A DNA stretch of 64,000 bases from Verrucomicrobiia bacterium. GTDB lineage: Bacteria > Verrucomicrobiota > Verrucomicrobiia > Limisphaerales > UBA1319. Below are positions 49,314 to 57,735 of this stretch, piece after piece. The stretch lies in assembly GCA_963664225.1 (NCBI GenBank), contig OY760937.1:1408001-1472000 (forward strand). Direction: 5' to 3'. Made by a program: the position numbers and the translations under genes. The notes beneath the pieces are model-generated. The model saw nothing but the letters and a program-made list of their open reading frames with translations, searched no databases and was not told the origin of the DNA. Numbering within the stretch: position 1 is the stretch's first letter; each line of letters starts with the position of its first letter.

Positions 49314-50735
49314 TCAGGATGGAAAATTCAACTTATCTCGAAATTCCCCGGGAAGTGAGAGTTGAGTCTGGCGTCCCAACCATTGCAATGCTTCATCCAC
49401 GGTAAAGAATTCCCCGTTGAGTTGCGCCTCGAAAGCGTTGTGCAGCACCTTGCCCATTGCAGGGCCGGGAAGAATCCCCAACGGCAACAAATGCCGACCA
49501 AGGAGAATGGGCATTGGAGCGTGCTGGTGCAAATCCAATTCCCGCGCCATGATTTCCAATTGCGTGATCCCCGTCGGAATAACGGGATCCAAAGGCGGAC
49601 GCCCCATCGAGTCCGCTGACATCACCAGGCACAAGTCCTGAATGTTTGCTGGTCCCAATCGTCGTGCAAGCCGCCGGATCATGCGATCGGTCGGTGGCTG
49701 CAAATGAACCAGATGGTTAAGGACCAGAGGGATTACCCTGAGAATGATATTCTGCGGGGCGTTGATGCGATTGAGGAATTGTTCAGCCAATGCCCCGCCA
49801 GCCTCGGCGTGTCCCGGTGAGGTGATTCGCATCCGGCCTTGTTTGATCGTTTCAGCGGTTGTTATCGGTTTTCCAAAATCATGCGCCAATCCAGCGAGCA
49901 TCATCACGATGCGTGATGTTTCATCGGCGGCCTTCCATTTTTCCATGCCGCACAAAGCATCGCAAACATGACAGGTGTGTGTAAAAACGTCGCCTTCGGG
50001 ATGCCATTGCGAATCTTGCGGCGTATCCAAAAGATTGTGGATTTCAGGGAAATGCCGGGTCCATCCAGTCTGAGCGAGAAATTGTAAACCAGCCGATGGA
50101 AGCGTGCTTTTGGCGGCCCATTTGAACCATTCCTCCCGGACTCGTTCAATGGCCAACTCGTTATAGCCACAGTGGATTTCAAAGCAAAGCCGGATTGTTT
50201 CCGGGGCGGCCTGGAGCCCAAAACGACCGGCAAATTGCATTCCGCGCAACACGCGCAATGGGTCTTCGGAAAATGCCGGACTGGTATGACGCAGAATCCT
50301 TTTTTCCAGGTCCTGGCGTCCCCCATGGAGGTCAATGATGCATTCCTTGCGCGGATCGTACATCATGGAATTGATTGTAAAATCGCGACGGGCCGAAGCT
50401 TCAAATAGTGAAATATCCGAGTCAAATTCGATATCAAAACCCTTATGCCCCGGGGCGATCTTGGAATCGCGCCTCGGCACAGTAAAATCGTATATGTTCC
50501 CGGTCTGCGTGGTAAGTTTGACCACCCCAAAAGAACGTCCCACAGTGTCAGTCCTGCCCCAACCGGCCAGTGAGGTGTTCAGATCCGCATACGAAACACC
50601 AAAAACCTCAACGTCGAAATCCTTACTTGGAAGCCCCAGCAGCCAATCGCGCACGCAACCACCCACCAGAAAAGCCTGCTGCAGCGCTTTTGTGTTTGTC
50701 AGAATTTGTTGCAACTCGGGTGGTGTCATAAACAT
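49314..50735 (-). CDS. CCA-adding/poly(A) polymerase family nucleotidyltransferase with HD domain
   Basis: LVGGCVRD..DFD, RRDFTIN, EDPLRVLR, HPEGDV and AHD motifs. Confidence 0.92.
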   Translation of the reverse strand: MFMTPPELQQILTNTKALQQAFLVGGCVRDWLLGLPSKDFDVEVFGVSYADLNTSLAGWGRTDTVGRSFGVVKLTTQTGNIYDFTVPRRDSKIAPGHKGFDIEFDSDISLFEASARRDFTINSMMYDPRKECIIDLHGGRQDLEKRILRHTSPAFSEDPLRVLRGMQFAGRFGLQAAPETIRLCFEIHCGYNELAIERVREEWFKWAAKSTLPSAGLQFLAQTGWTRHFPEIHNLLDTPQDSQWHPEGDVFTHTCHVCDALCGMEKWKAADETSRIVMMLAGLAHDFGKPITTAETIKQGRMRITSPGHAEAGGALAEQFLNRINAPQNIILRVIPLVLNHLVHLQPPTDRMIRRLARRLGPANIQDLCLVMSADSMGRPPLDPVIPTGITQLEIMARELDLHQHAPMPILLGRHLLPLGILPGPAMGKVLHNAFEAQLNGEFFTVDEALQWLGRQTQLSLPGEFRDKLNFPS

Positions 50736-51085
50736 TGGAAATAACCTTCCTCGACGGTCGGTGGGGCGTCAATACCATTGCAGACTTCAAGCGACGGATG
50801 GCTTCCAATTTTATTGAAATGAACGGAGTTTGTTTGGTTATTAAAATAAGAAACACATCTTAAGCAATTGGAGTGCAACACTTAAACGAAAAATCAAAAG
50901 CAGTTTACCGGCATCCTGACGAATTCTGTAACAATTCGATTCATCCCAGTGTCATTAGAAGCGTAGACGGAAACTAATAAGTTACTTGAATGAAAATCAA
51001 CCGGTCAACATTAAGAGGCGCCTATTGCGAAGTCATCGCAAGGATGGCCTGCATGGCCGGAGAAACAGCTAAGGGGGAATAGTTT

Positions 51086-51346
51086 ATGCCTGTCGTCGCC
51101 AAGTTTTATGGGATCGTGATTCGGATGTTATGTGTGAAATTGCTTGGGGCGCGAATTCACGCTTTTTACGAGAATTGGGAACTGGTCATCGGGCTTGCGC
51201 CATTGCGGATCATTCAGGGCGAAGCTCCCTACTGGGTGCGAAACAGAGTCATGGCATGGGCTGCGAAGCATGAGCAGGATTTGCTCACCGCCTGGAATAC
51301 TTGCGCGAATGGACATCGACCTGGAATGATTTCATCTTTGGTGTAG
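51086..51346 (+). CDS. DUF4160-like protein
   Basis: MPVVAKFYGIVIRM...H...WA..HEQDLL.AW pattern; AGGGGG SD upstream. Confidence 0.75.
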   Translation: MPVVAKFYGIVIRMLCVKLLGARIHAFYENWELVIGLAPLRIIQGEAPYWVRNRVMAWAAKHEQDLLTAWNTCANGHRPGMISSLV

Positions 51347-51368
51347 GTTGTTTGAAAGCGCAAAGCTT

Positions 51369-51572
51369 ATGAGAATATTCTTAGGATTGATGATGTGGTG
51401 TCTGCTGTTGGTGGTTTGCTGGCCGCTGGCCTTGCTGGCCGTGATTCTTTTCCCTTTGTTTTGGCTCGCGAGCCTTCCTTTTCGGCTGTTGGCCATTGTG
51501 GTGGGAGCTGCGTTTGCCTTGATTAAGGCAATTCTGTTTTTGCCCGCCCGAGTATTGGGTTCCCGCAGTTAG
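51369..51572 (+). CDS. Small hydrophobic membrane protein
   Basis: WCLLLVVCWPLALL..LPFRLL..LPARVLG. Confidence 0.65.
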   Translation: MRIFLGLMMWCLLLVVCWPLALLAVILFPLFWLASLPFRLLAIVVGAAFALIKAILFLPARVLGSRS

Positions 51573-51652
51573 AGAATGGCTCTGCAGAATTGGAGCGCCA
51601 ATGATCGGTCCAACCCTTTGCCTTTTCCCGGTTTGACTTTAAGGACAGTCCC

Positions 51653-52990
51653 TTACGTCTCAATACCGTAGGCCTTGATCTTATTGTAAAGGGTCTGTCG
51701 GCCAATTCCGAGGCGCCTTGCAGTTTCGAGTTTGTTTCCGCGAGTTTCGTTAAGAATTTGAACAATGGTGTTGCGCTCCATTGCTTCCATTAGCGTCAAC
51801 TCCTCATCGGTTTGGGTTACGGGCGCGCTGGTCACAGATAAATCGGAAACATCCACAACAGATCCCTCGCACATCAGGACCGCCCTTTGAATTTCATTTT
51901 GAAGCTGACGAACATTTCCCGGCCAATCGTGTTTGCGCAAGCGTTCGGAAGCGGCCGGTGTGAATCCTGATATGACCCTGCCTGCCTGAGCGGCAAAACG
52001 TTTTAGAAATGCACCGGCAAGCGGCATGATGTCTTCGCGCCGTTCGCGCAGGGCGGTCAGAGCAATCGTGATGGCGCTGATCCGGTAATACAGGTCTTCC
52101 CGCATTTTTCCGTCACGAATTGCTTCCTCAACCACGCGATTTGTGGAGGCAATGATCCGACAATCCGCCTTGTAACTGGTTCGACCGCCCACAGGACGGT
52201 ACTCCTTTTCCTGTAAGACGCGCAGCAATTTGCTTTGCGTGTCGATGGGCATCTCGGACAACTCGTCCAGCAGCAGTGTTCCACCTTCAGCCTGCCTGAA
52301 TAATCCTTCACGGTCACCTTGGGAGCCGGTATAAGCCCCTTTGACCGATCCAAAAAGTTCGCTCTCAATGAGTTCGTGGGGCAGGGCGGCGCAATTCACT
52401 TTCACGAACGGACCTTTGCTTCGCGGACTCAAGGTGTGCAACAGGTCAGCTATCACTTCTTTGCCTGTGCCACTTTCCCCCGTAATCAGAACCGAAACAT
52501 CGCTGGGAGCGACACGTTCCGCTGTGCGAACCACCGATTTCATGGCCGGACTTTGAAAAATTGGCGCGGTGCCTCCGCTCATCGAAGCAAGCGCCTGGCG
52601 AAGAGAATGGGTTTCCTCGGTCAATTGCTTATGCTCAAGGGCACGCTCGACTGATAGGATCAGCGATTTGGCGTCAAATGGCTTTTGTTGGAAATCGTAT
52701 GCACCCAGCTTTGTGGCTGTAACCGCAGCGTCAATGGTCGCAAAACCTGTCAGAATTATAACCTCTGTGGTTGGCCAAACCTTTTTGATGGCAGGCAGCA
52801 GTTCCAGTCCTTCGGCGTCGGAAAGCTTCAAATCAAGCAGGACAACATCGGGCTGGGGACCGGTCAGGGACGATTTCAAGGTTGCGCCATCACCAATCTC
52901 GGTAGTTTCGTAGTTGGCCCTTTTGAGAATGGTGGACAGGAGTATGCGCACCTCCTGTTCATCATCCACAACCATGATTTTGTTGTTCAT
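51653..52990 (-). CDS. Sigma-54-dependent response regulator (NtrC family)
   Basis: Receiver domain; GESGTGKE, ESELFG, GAYTGS and WPGNVRQL motifs; Fis-type HTH. Confidence 0.95.
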   Translation of the reverse strand: MNNKIMVVDDEQEVRILLSTILKRANYETTEIGDGATLKSSLTGPQPDVVLLDLKLSDAEGLELLPAIKKVWPTTEVIILTGFATIDAAVTATKLGAYDFQQKPFDAKSLILSVERALEHKQLTEETHSLRQALASMSGGTAPIFQSPAMKSVVRTAERVAPSDVSVLITGESGTGKEVIADLLHTLSPRSKGPFVKVNCAALPHELIESELFGSVKGAYTGSQGDREGLFRQAEGGTLLLDELSEMPIDTQSKLLRVLQEKEYRPVGGRTSYKADCRIIASTNRVVEEAIRDGKMREDLYYRISAITIALTALRERREDIMPLAGAFLKRFAAQAGRVISGFTPAASERLRKHDWPGNVRQLQNEIQRAVLMCEGSVVDVSDLSVTSAPVTQTDEELTLMEAMERNTIVQILNETRGNKLETARRLGIGRQTLYNKIKAYGIET

Positions 52991-52992
52991 AA

Positions 52993-53757
52993 TTAAGGTT
53001 CCCCCATTCCAACGCAGAAACTTACAAAGCTCTTAAAAAACCCATAGTGCTCGCGATGCCGTTCAAACAAACGCTCAGGATGGTATTGGACCGAGAGCAG
53101 ATAGGGCAATAATTTCGCATTCTCAGGTTTTAATTCAATCCCTTCCATCACTCCATCCGCACTGACTGCGCTGACGCGAAACGGAGCCGCCACGCGATCA
53201 ATGGCCTGATGATGCGCACTGTTAACCTTAATATGCACTTTTCCCGTTATTTTAGCAAGCAAAGTGCCTGGCGCTATGTTGATTTCATGCACCAGGTCGT
53301 CTTTCAGATCGGATCGTTTGTGATTCAGCGCGTTGGGGACCTGCGTGGAAATGTCCACGATTAGTGTGCCTCCAAACGCAACGTTAAGAAGCTGCTGACC
53401 TCTGCAAATTGCCAGCAACGGCTTGCGTTGGTCGAAGACTGCCCGGACCACCTCCATTTCCAAAAGGTCCCGGGCTGGATCAGTCTGTTTGACCGTTGAC
53501 GCCAGGTCGGCGCTCAGCGCAGGGGTGTATAATTGAGGTTGAATGTCATCTCCGCCTGTCAGCATTACGCCATCACAGCGGCGAACGCATTCAGAAATTA
53601 AATTCTTTCCCAACGGAATGGGCATGACCCAGGGAATACCGCCTGCAGCTTCGACTGCCTTTGTGTAGCACTTGGAAAGACTCAGCGAGACGTCACCAAA
53701 TTCCGCACCCTGCATCTGGGTGCATGGAGTGATCAATATTAAGGGAGCCTTTTTCAT
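52993..53757 (-). CDS. Gamma-glutamyl-gamma-aminobutyrate hydrolase family (peptidase C26, PuuD-like)
   Basis: LTGGDD, AICRGQQ, VNSAHHQ and QYHPE motifs. Confidence 0.9.
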   Translation of the reverse strand: MKKAPLILITPCTQMQGAEFGDVSLSLSKCYTKAVEAAGGIPWVMPIPLGKNLISECVRRCDGVMLTGGDDIQPQLYTPALSADLASTVKQTDPARDLLEMEVVRAVFDQRKPLLAICRGQQLLNVAFGGTLIVDISTQVPNALNHKRSDLKDDLVHEINIAPGTLLAKITGKVHIKVNSAHHQAIDRVAAPFRVSAVSADGVMEGIELKPENAKLLPYLLSVQYHPERLFERHREHYGFFKSFVSFCVGMGEP

Positions 53758-54026
53758 TCCTCCTTAAAATCCGGGAAAAGCTCATGGATGGATTTGAGGA
53801 TTGACGTGGCTTCCTCGGGGCGGACCAACCGTCGCGGGATGCGTCGCTTGACCGCGTCCAATAGCTCAAGCCAATCTTCCAACGGCGGGTGCTCCACAGT
53901 GTGCCACTCATGAAAGCGTTTTTGACGGGAATAGAAAAGCCAGCGATCGCCGACATGATGAGCATAAACCTGCACTTTCATGCCGAACTCATCGATCCGT
54001 TTCCAACTTATTTCGGCTTTAGCCAT
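53754..54026 (-). CDS. Hypothetical protein
   Basis: 90-aa ORF packed between ispF and the C26 gene, with an ATGA overlap. Confidence 0.7.
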   Translation of the reverse strand: MAKAEISWKRIDEFGMKVQVYAHHVGDRWLFYSRQKRFHEWHTVEHPPLEDWLELLDAVKRRIPRRLVRPEEATSILKSIHELFPDFKEE

Positions 54027-54029
54027 GAT

Positions 54030-54509
54030 TTAATCGTGAAGATCGACGCTTGCAACCGCCATGGCGGCTATGCCTTCTTTGCGGCCCAAAAACCCCATGC
54101 GTTCATTCGTGGTGGCTTTGATTCCAACACGTTTGGGATGGATTCCCAGCGCCTGTGCAATGTGCGTTTTCATGGCAGGCATGTGGGGCAGCAATTTGGG
54201 TTCCTCGGCAATCAAGGTTGCATCCACGTTAATAATTTTTGCGTCATGAAATTCAACCTGGCGGGCGGCCTCCTGCAAAAACAGATGGCTCGCCGCGTTA
54301 TGCCAGCGAGGATCCGTATTGGGGAAAAACTTTCCGATATCACCTTCACCCAAGGCCCCAAAAATGGCATCGCAAATCGCATGCATCAATACATCCGCAT
54401 CCGAATGGCCATCCAGACCCTTGGTGTAGGGTATAATAACCCCGCCTAAAATCAATTTTCGCCCTTCCACCAGTGGATGAACGTCGTATCCAATACCGCA
54501 ATGAACCAT
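54030..54509 (-). CDS. ispF: 2-C-methyl-D-erythritol 2,4-cyclodiphosphate synthase
   Basis: GIGYDVH, GHSDADV, GDIG and KATTNE motifs. Confidence 0.96.
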   Translation of the reverse strand: MVHCGIGYDVHPLVEGRKLILGGVIIPYTKGLDGHSDADVLMHAICDAIFGALGEGDIGKFFPNTDPRWHNAASHLFLQEAARQVEFHDAKIINVDATLIAEEPKLLPHMPAMKTHIAQALGIHPKRVGIKATTNERMGFLGRKEGIAAMAVASVDLHD

Positions 54510-54591
54510 GCCCTAATATAAGGGGTGAATTGGTGGTCAACCAAGCAAATAATGCTAAATCGCTCGGTTGCCCCGGGACTGCTCGATGCAC

Positions 54592-56721
54592 TCAGGACTT
54601 CGATTCCAATCGTTTGCTCAACTCGCGATAATCGGTCTTTCCAGTGCCCAGTTTGGGAATTTCCTTCACCGCGCTCACTTCTCTTGGAACGCACAAATTA
54701 CTGAATCCACGAGACTTCAAAAGCGTGCGGATTGCCTCCAACTGAATGCGTGGTTCATTGGTCACGGCGATCAACGCTTCGCCTTTATCCGCATCCGGCC
54801 GGGTCACAATCACCACTTCGCTCTTCAAGCCAAGGCTGGCAAACGCCCCGGCGAGTGCGTCTTCGATGGCGGTAAGACTGACCATTTCGCCACTGATTTT
54901 CGCAAATCGCTTCAATCGGCCAAGAATCTCCACGTGGCCTTCATCGTCAACCCGGGCGATGTCGCCCGTGTCATACCAGCCGTTGAGAGCCTGAAACCTG
55001 GCGTCCGGTTCCGCATTGATATAGCGCCGCATTATGTTGGGACCGCGCACGAACAAGCGACCCCCATTCTCGACGCCATCGACGGGTTCCATTTTGTATT
55101 CGATGGCCGGCAGAAAGCGGCCAGCCGATGAAAAACGAGGCATCCGGGGAGTATTCACAGTAAGACATGGAGAACACTCAGTGGCTCCGTAGCCCTCAAG
55201 CACTCGAACTCCAAATTTCCGGGACCATGTGTTGACCGTATTCTCCTGGAGCTTTTCGGCGCCGACAAAAAGATAGCGCACGCTGCGAAAATCCATCGGA
55301 TTTGCACGTCTGGCAAACCCGTTTAGAAACGTGTTGGTGGCCAGAACCAGGGTGCAATTGCGATCATAGATGATCGTGGGGATCAGGCGATAATGCAGGG
55401 GCGAAACGTAGAGAAAGGTGTACAGACCGCGCACCAAGGGAAGGAGCGTCCCAATGGTGAGCCCGAAACTGTGAAAAATTGGAAGGGCGTTGAACATCCG
55501 ATCGCAGTCGGTCAGATCGATGACCGAGAGCATCTGGCGGATATTGGCGATTAGATTGCGATGGCTTAACTCCACTGCTTTGGGTTCCCCCTCAGAGCCG
55601 CTAGTAAAAAGTATTACCGCGGGGTTCTCCGGCTTCAATTTGGCATCGGATAATCCACGGCCAAATCTGGAGCCAACCATTCCGACAAACTTGGCAGTCC
55701 AATGAATACCGGCCCGAACCTCTTCAATGAAAATCAATTCAATACCCGCCTGTTTCCAGGGTTCCATGGGAATTTTAGCGCGTTGGAGAAACTGCCGTGA
55801 GGTGATGATTTGCTTCAATCCCGCCACCTGCACGCAGCGAAGCATGCCCGCCATGCCGGTCGAATAATTTAAAATGGCGGGAACGCGACCCTGCGCCCAC
55901 AGGCTCAACAACACGGCCACCGTGCCATTGACATTGGGAAGCAATACGCCGATTTCCGTCGATTTCAGCCGACCCTTCCATTCGCTTCCGAGCAGGCTGA
56001 TTCCCAGCGTGAGGCGTCGAAACGTCAGCGTTTGCCGGGTGGCGTCTTCAAGAATGACTTGCCCGGGCCGTTGCGCCGCCATCTTCGCAATAGCCCCGAA
56101 TACCGTTCGAGGACCGAATTGCATCTCGACATCGAATTGCTGGCGGATCATCAGGTCCGACAGCCAGCCTGTAAGGCGAACGCGGGCCTGGCCGGCACCA
56201 AGGTTTTCGAATTTGGGGGGATTAGCGACCGCGCTGAAATGCACCGAAATCCGCGGAAACCATTGGGTCCATCCTGTATGGCGCACCCATGGAATGCGAT
56301 TCACATTCCGAAGATGGCAGGTGATGACCTTCGCATTGGTCTTGTGCAGGAGAAACCCGGTCCCTTCATAAAGTTTCATCAACGACCCTGTCATGGAAAT
56401 CCGGCCTTCGGCGAAAAGAACAAGTCGGCCACCCCCCTGAAGATATTCCGCCATGCGCTTTACAGCGTAGGGAGATGCCGGATCGATGGGGAAAGTCCGC
56501 TTGTTAACCATGATCCAGCGGTGGAGCCATGTGGTTTGAGCGGTGACACTTGAAGTGACGAATTTCCAGTCGTCATCCAGACAGACACCGACAAACAGCC
56601 AGTCCAGCCAGGAAACATGATTGGGGATCAATAAAACCGGCCCCGTCGTGCTTAAAACTTCCGGATTAAGGATTCGGAATCCATAGAGCCACCGGAGTAG
56701 AAAGCGAAGGATTTGTTTCAT
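54592..56721 (-). CDS. aas: Bifunctional acyltransferase/acyl-ACP synthetase
   Basis: NHVSWLD and FAEGR (PlsC-like) plus FTSGSEGEPK, EGYGATE and YDTGD (AMP-binding). Confidence 0.9.
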   Translation of the reverse strand: MKQILRFLLRWLYGFRILNPEVLSTTGPVLLIPNHVSWLDWLFVGVCLDDDWKFVTSSVTAQTTWLHRWIMVNKRTFPIDPASPYAVKRMAEYLQGGGRLVLFAEGRISMTGSLMKLYEGTGFLLHKTNAKVITCHLRNVNRIPWVRHTGWTQWFPRISVHFSAVANPPKFENLGAGQARVRLTGWLSDLMIRQQFDVEMQFGPRTVFGAIAKMAAQRPGQVILEDATRQTLTFRRLTLGISLLGSEWKGRLKSTEIGVLLPNVNGTVAVLLSLWAQGRVPAILNYSTGMAGMLRCVQVAGLKQIITSRQFLQRAKIPMEPWKQAGIELIFIEEVRAGIHWTAKFVGMVGSRFGRGLSDAKLKPENPAVILFTSGSEGEPKAVELSHRNLIANIRQMLSVIDLTDCDRMFNALPIFHSFGLTIGTLLPLVRGLYTFLYVSPLHYRLIPTIIYDRNCTLVLATNTFLNGFARRANPMDFRSVRYLFVGAEKLQENTVNTWSRKFGVRVLEGYGATECSPCLTVNTPRMPRFSSAGRFLPAIEYKMEPVDGVENGGRLFVRGPNIMRRYINAEPDARFQALNGWYDTGDIARVDDEGHVEILGRLKRFAKISGEMVSLTAIEDALAGAFASLGLKSEVVIVTRPDADKGEALIAVTNEPRIQLEAIRTLLKSRGFSNLCVPREVSAVKEIPKLGTGKTDYRELSKRLESKS

Positions 56722-56742
56722 AGGTCGATGGTTAATCAAATA

Positions 56743-57147
56743 CTAACGTGTCACGCGGTCCTGCCTCCAACGTTCCAAAAGCGCACACAAAACATACAAG
56801 AGTCCGGGAAGATAGATGAGTGGAAAAAACCAGCCGCCCGGCCAACGACTGAAGCCGCTCGCCCAATAGTTAAGCAGGTAAAAGCCACCCATGCTCATGA
56901 CGATGAGAATTCCTCCGGGGATTTCCCAACGGCAGCCGAGGAATAATCCAGTCGTTGCGCTCAAAAAAAACGCCATCATGAGCCATTCCATTGGAGATTT
57001 ATGTGAAAATAAACCTCCTTCGCCAACCATTATGACCAGAATAAGGGCGCCCAACAATAGGCCGATGCTTCGGGCTGTCCAACGGATGAAAGACAGAGTG
57101 ATTGAGGTTGGATTTTGGGGGGCGGTGCGTGTCTGGGTTGTGTTCAT
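56743..57147 (-). CDS. Hypothetical four-TM membrane protein
   Basis: Hydrophobic ORF coupled to marR by an ATGA overlap. Confidence 0.7.
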   Translation of the reverse strand: MNTTQTRTAPQNPTSITLSFIRWTARSIGLLLGALILVIMVGEGGLFSHKSPMEWLMMAFFLSATTGLFLGCRWEIPGGILIVMSMGGFYLLNYWASGFSRWPGGWFFPLIYLPGLLYVLCALLERWRQDRVTR

Positions 57148-57623
57148 ATCATGTCTTCCTGCGTTCCGCGTTGTGCGATCTGTGCGACTGTTTTGCTGAG
57201 TTTATCCAAAGTGGCCTCGATTTGATTTGCCTGTCCAACGGAAATGCCACCCCATATCTCTTCCGCAGCCTGATGGTAATGGGGCAGTATTTCATTAAGA
57301 AGTCTGCGTCCTCGTTCCGTCAGAGTCACCCGGTAGGCACGCCGATCACCGGGCGTTTCCTTTCGTTGAAGGAGCTTGCGCTTTTCCATGCGGTCCACCA
57401 ATCCGGTGACATTGGACCGATGCATGATAAGCTGACGGCTCAGCTCAGCCTGTGACATGCCGTTGGGCTCACCGACCAGCAAATTGAGAATGTTGAACTG
57501 GCTGGGACTCAGTTTCCAACGATCAAAGAACACGCGACTTCCCTCCCAGAGGGCCTCGGCGGCGCGTAAAAGCCCCAAGGTGGCCTGGTAATGAGGCCCC
57601 GGGAGATTCCAATTTACACTCAT
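57144..57623 (-). CDS. MarR family transcriptional regulator
   Basis: LSPSQFNIL, SNVTGLVDRME and DRRAYRVTLT motifs; start placed at 57623 from the promoter position. Confidence 0.92.
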   Translation of the reverse strand: MSVNWNLPGPHYQATLGLLRAAEALWEGSRVFFDRWKLSPSQFNILNLLVGEPNGMSQAELSRQLIMHRSNVTGLVDRMEKRKLLQRKETPGDRRAYRVTLTERGRRLLNEILPHYHQAAEEIWGGISVGQANQIEATLDKLSKTVAQIAQRGTQEDMI

Positions 57624-57629
57624 GACAAA

Positions 57630-57662
57630 AGAATACACATAGATTGTTTATGTGTCAACATA
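57630..57662 (-). promoter_or_regulatory. Sigma70 promoter of marR with an overlapping palindromic operator candidate
   Basis: Minus strand TTGACA-17 nt-TATTCT-6 nt-ATG; TGTT-N8-AACA palindrome covers the -35 element. Confidence 0.7.
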
Positions 57663-57735
57663 ATCGAAGCGATAATCCATATTTGGCCTCGATTCCCGGC
57701 TTGCGATTTCCCCTGGCACCATTGAGACTGGTTGC

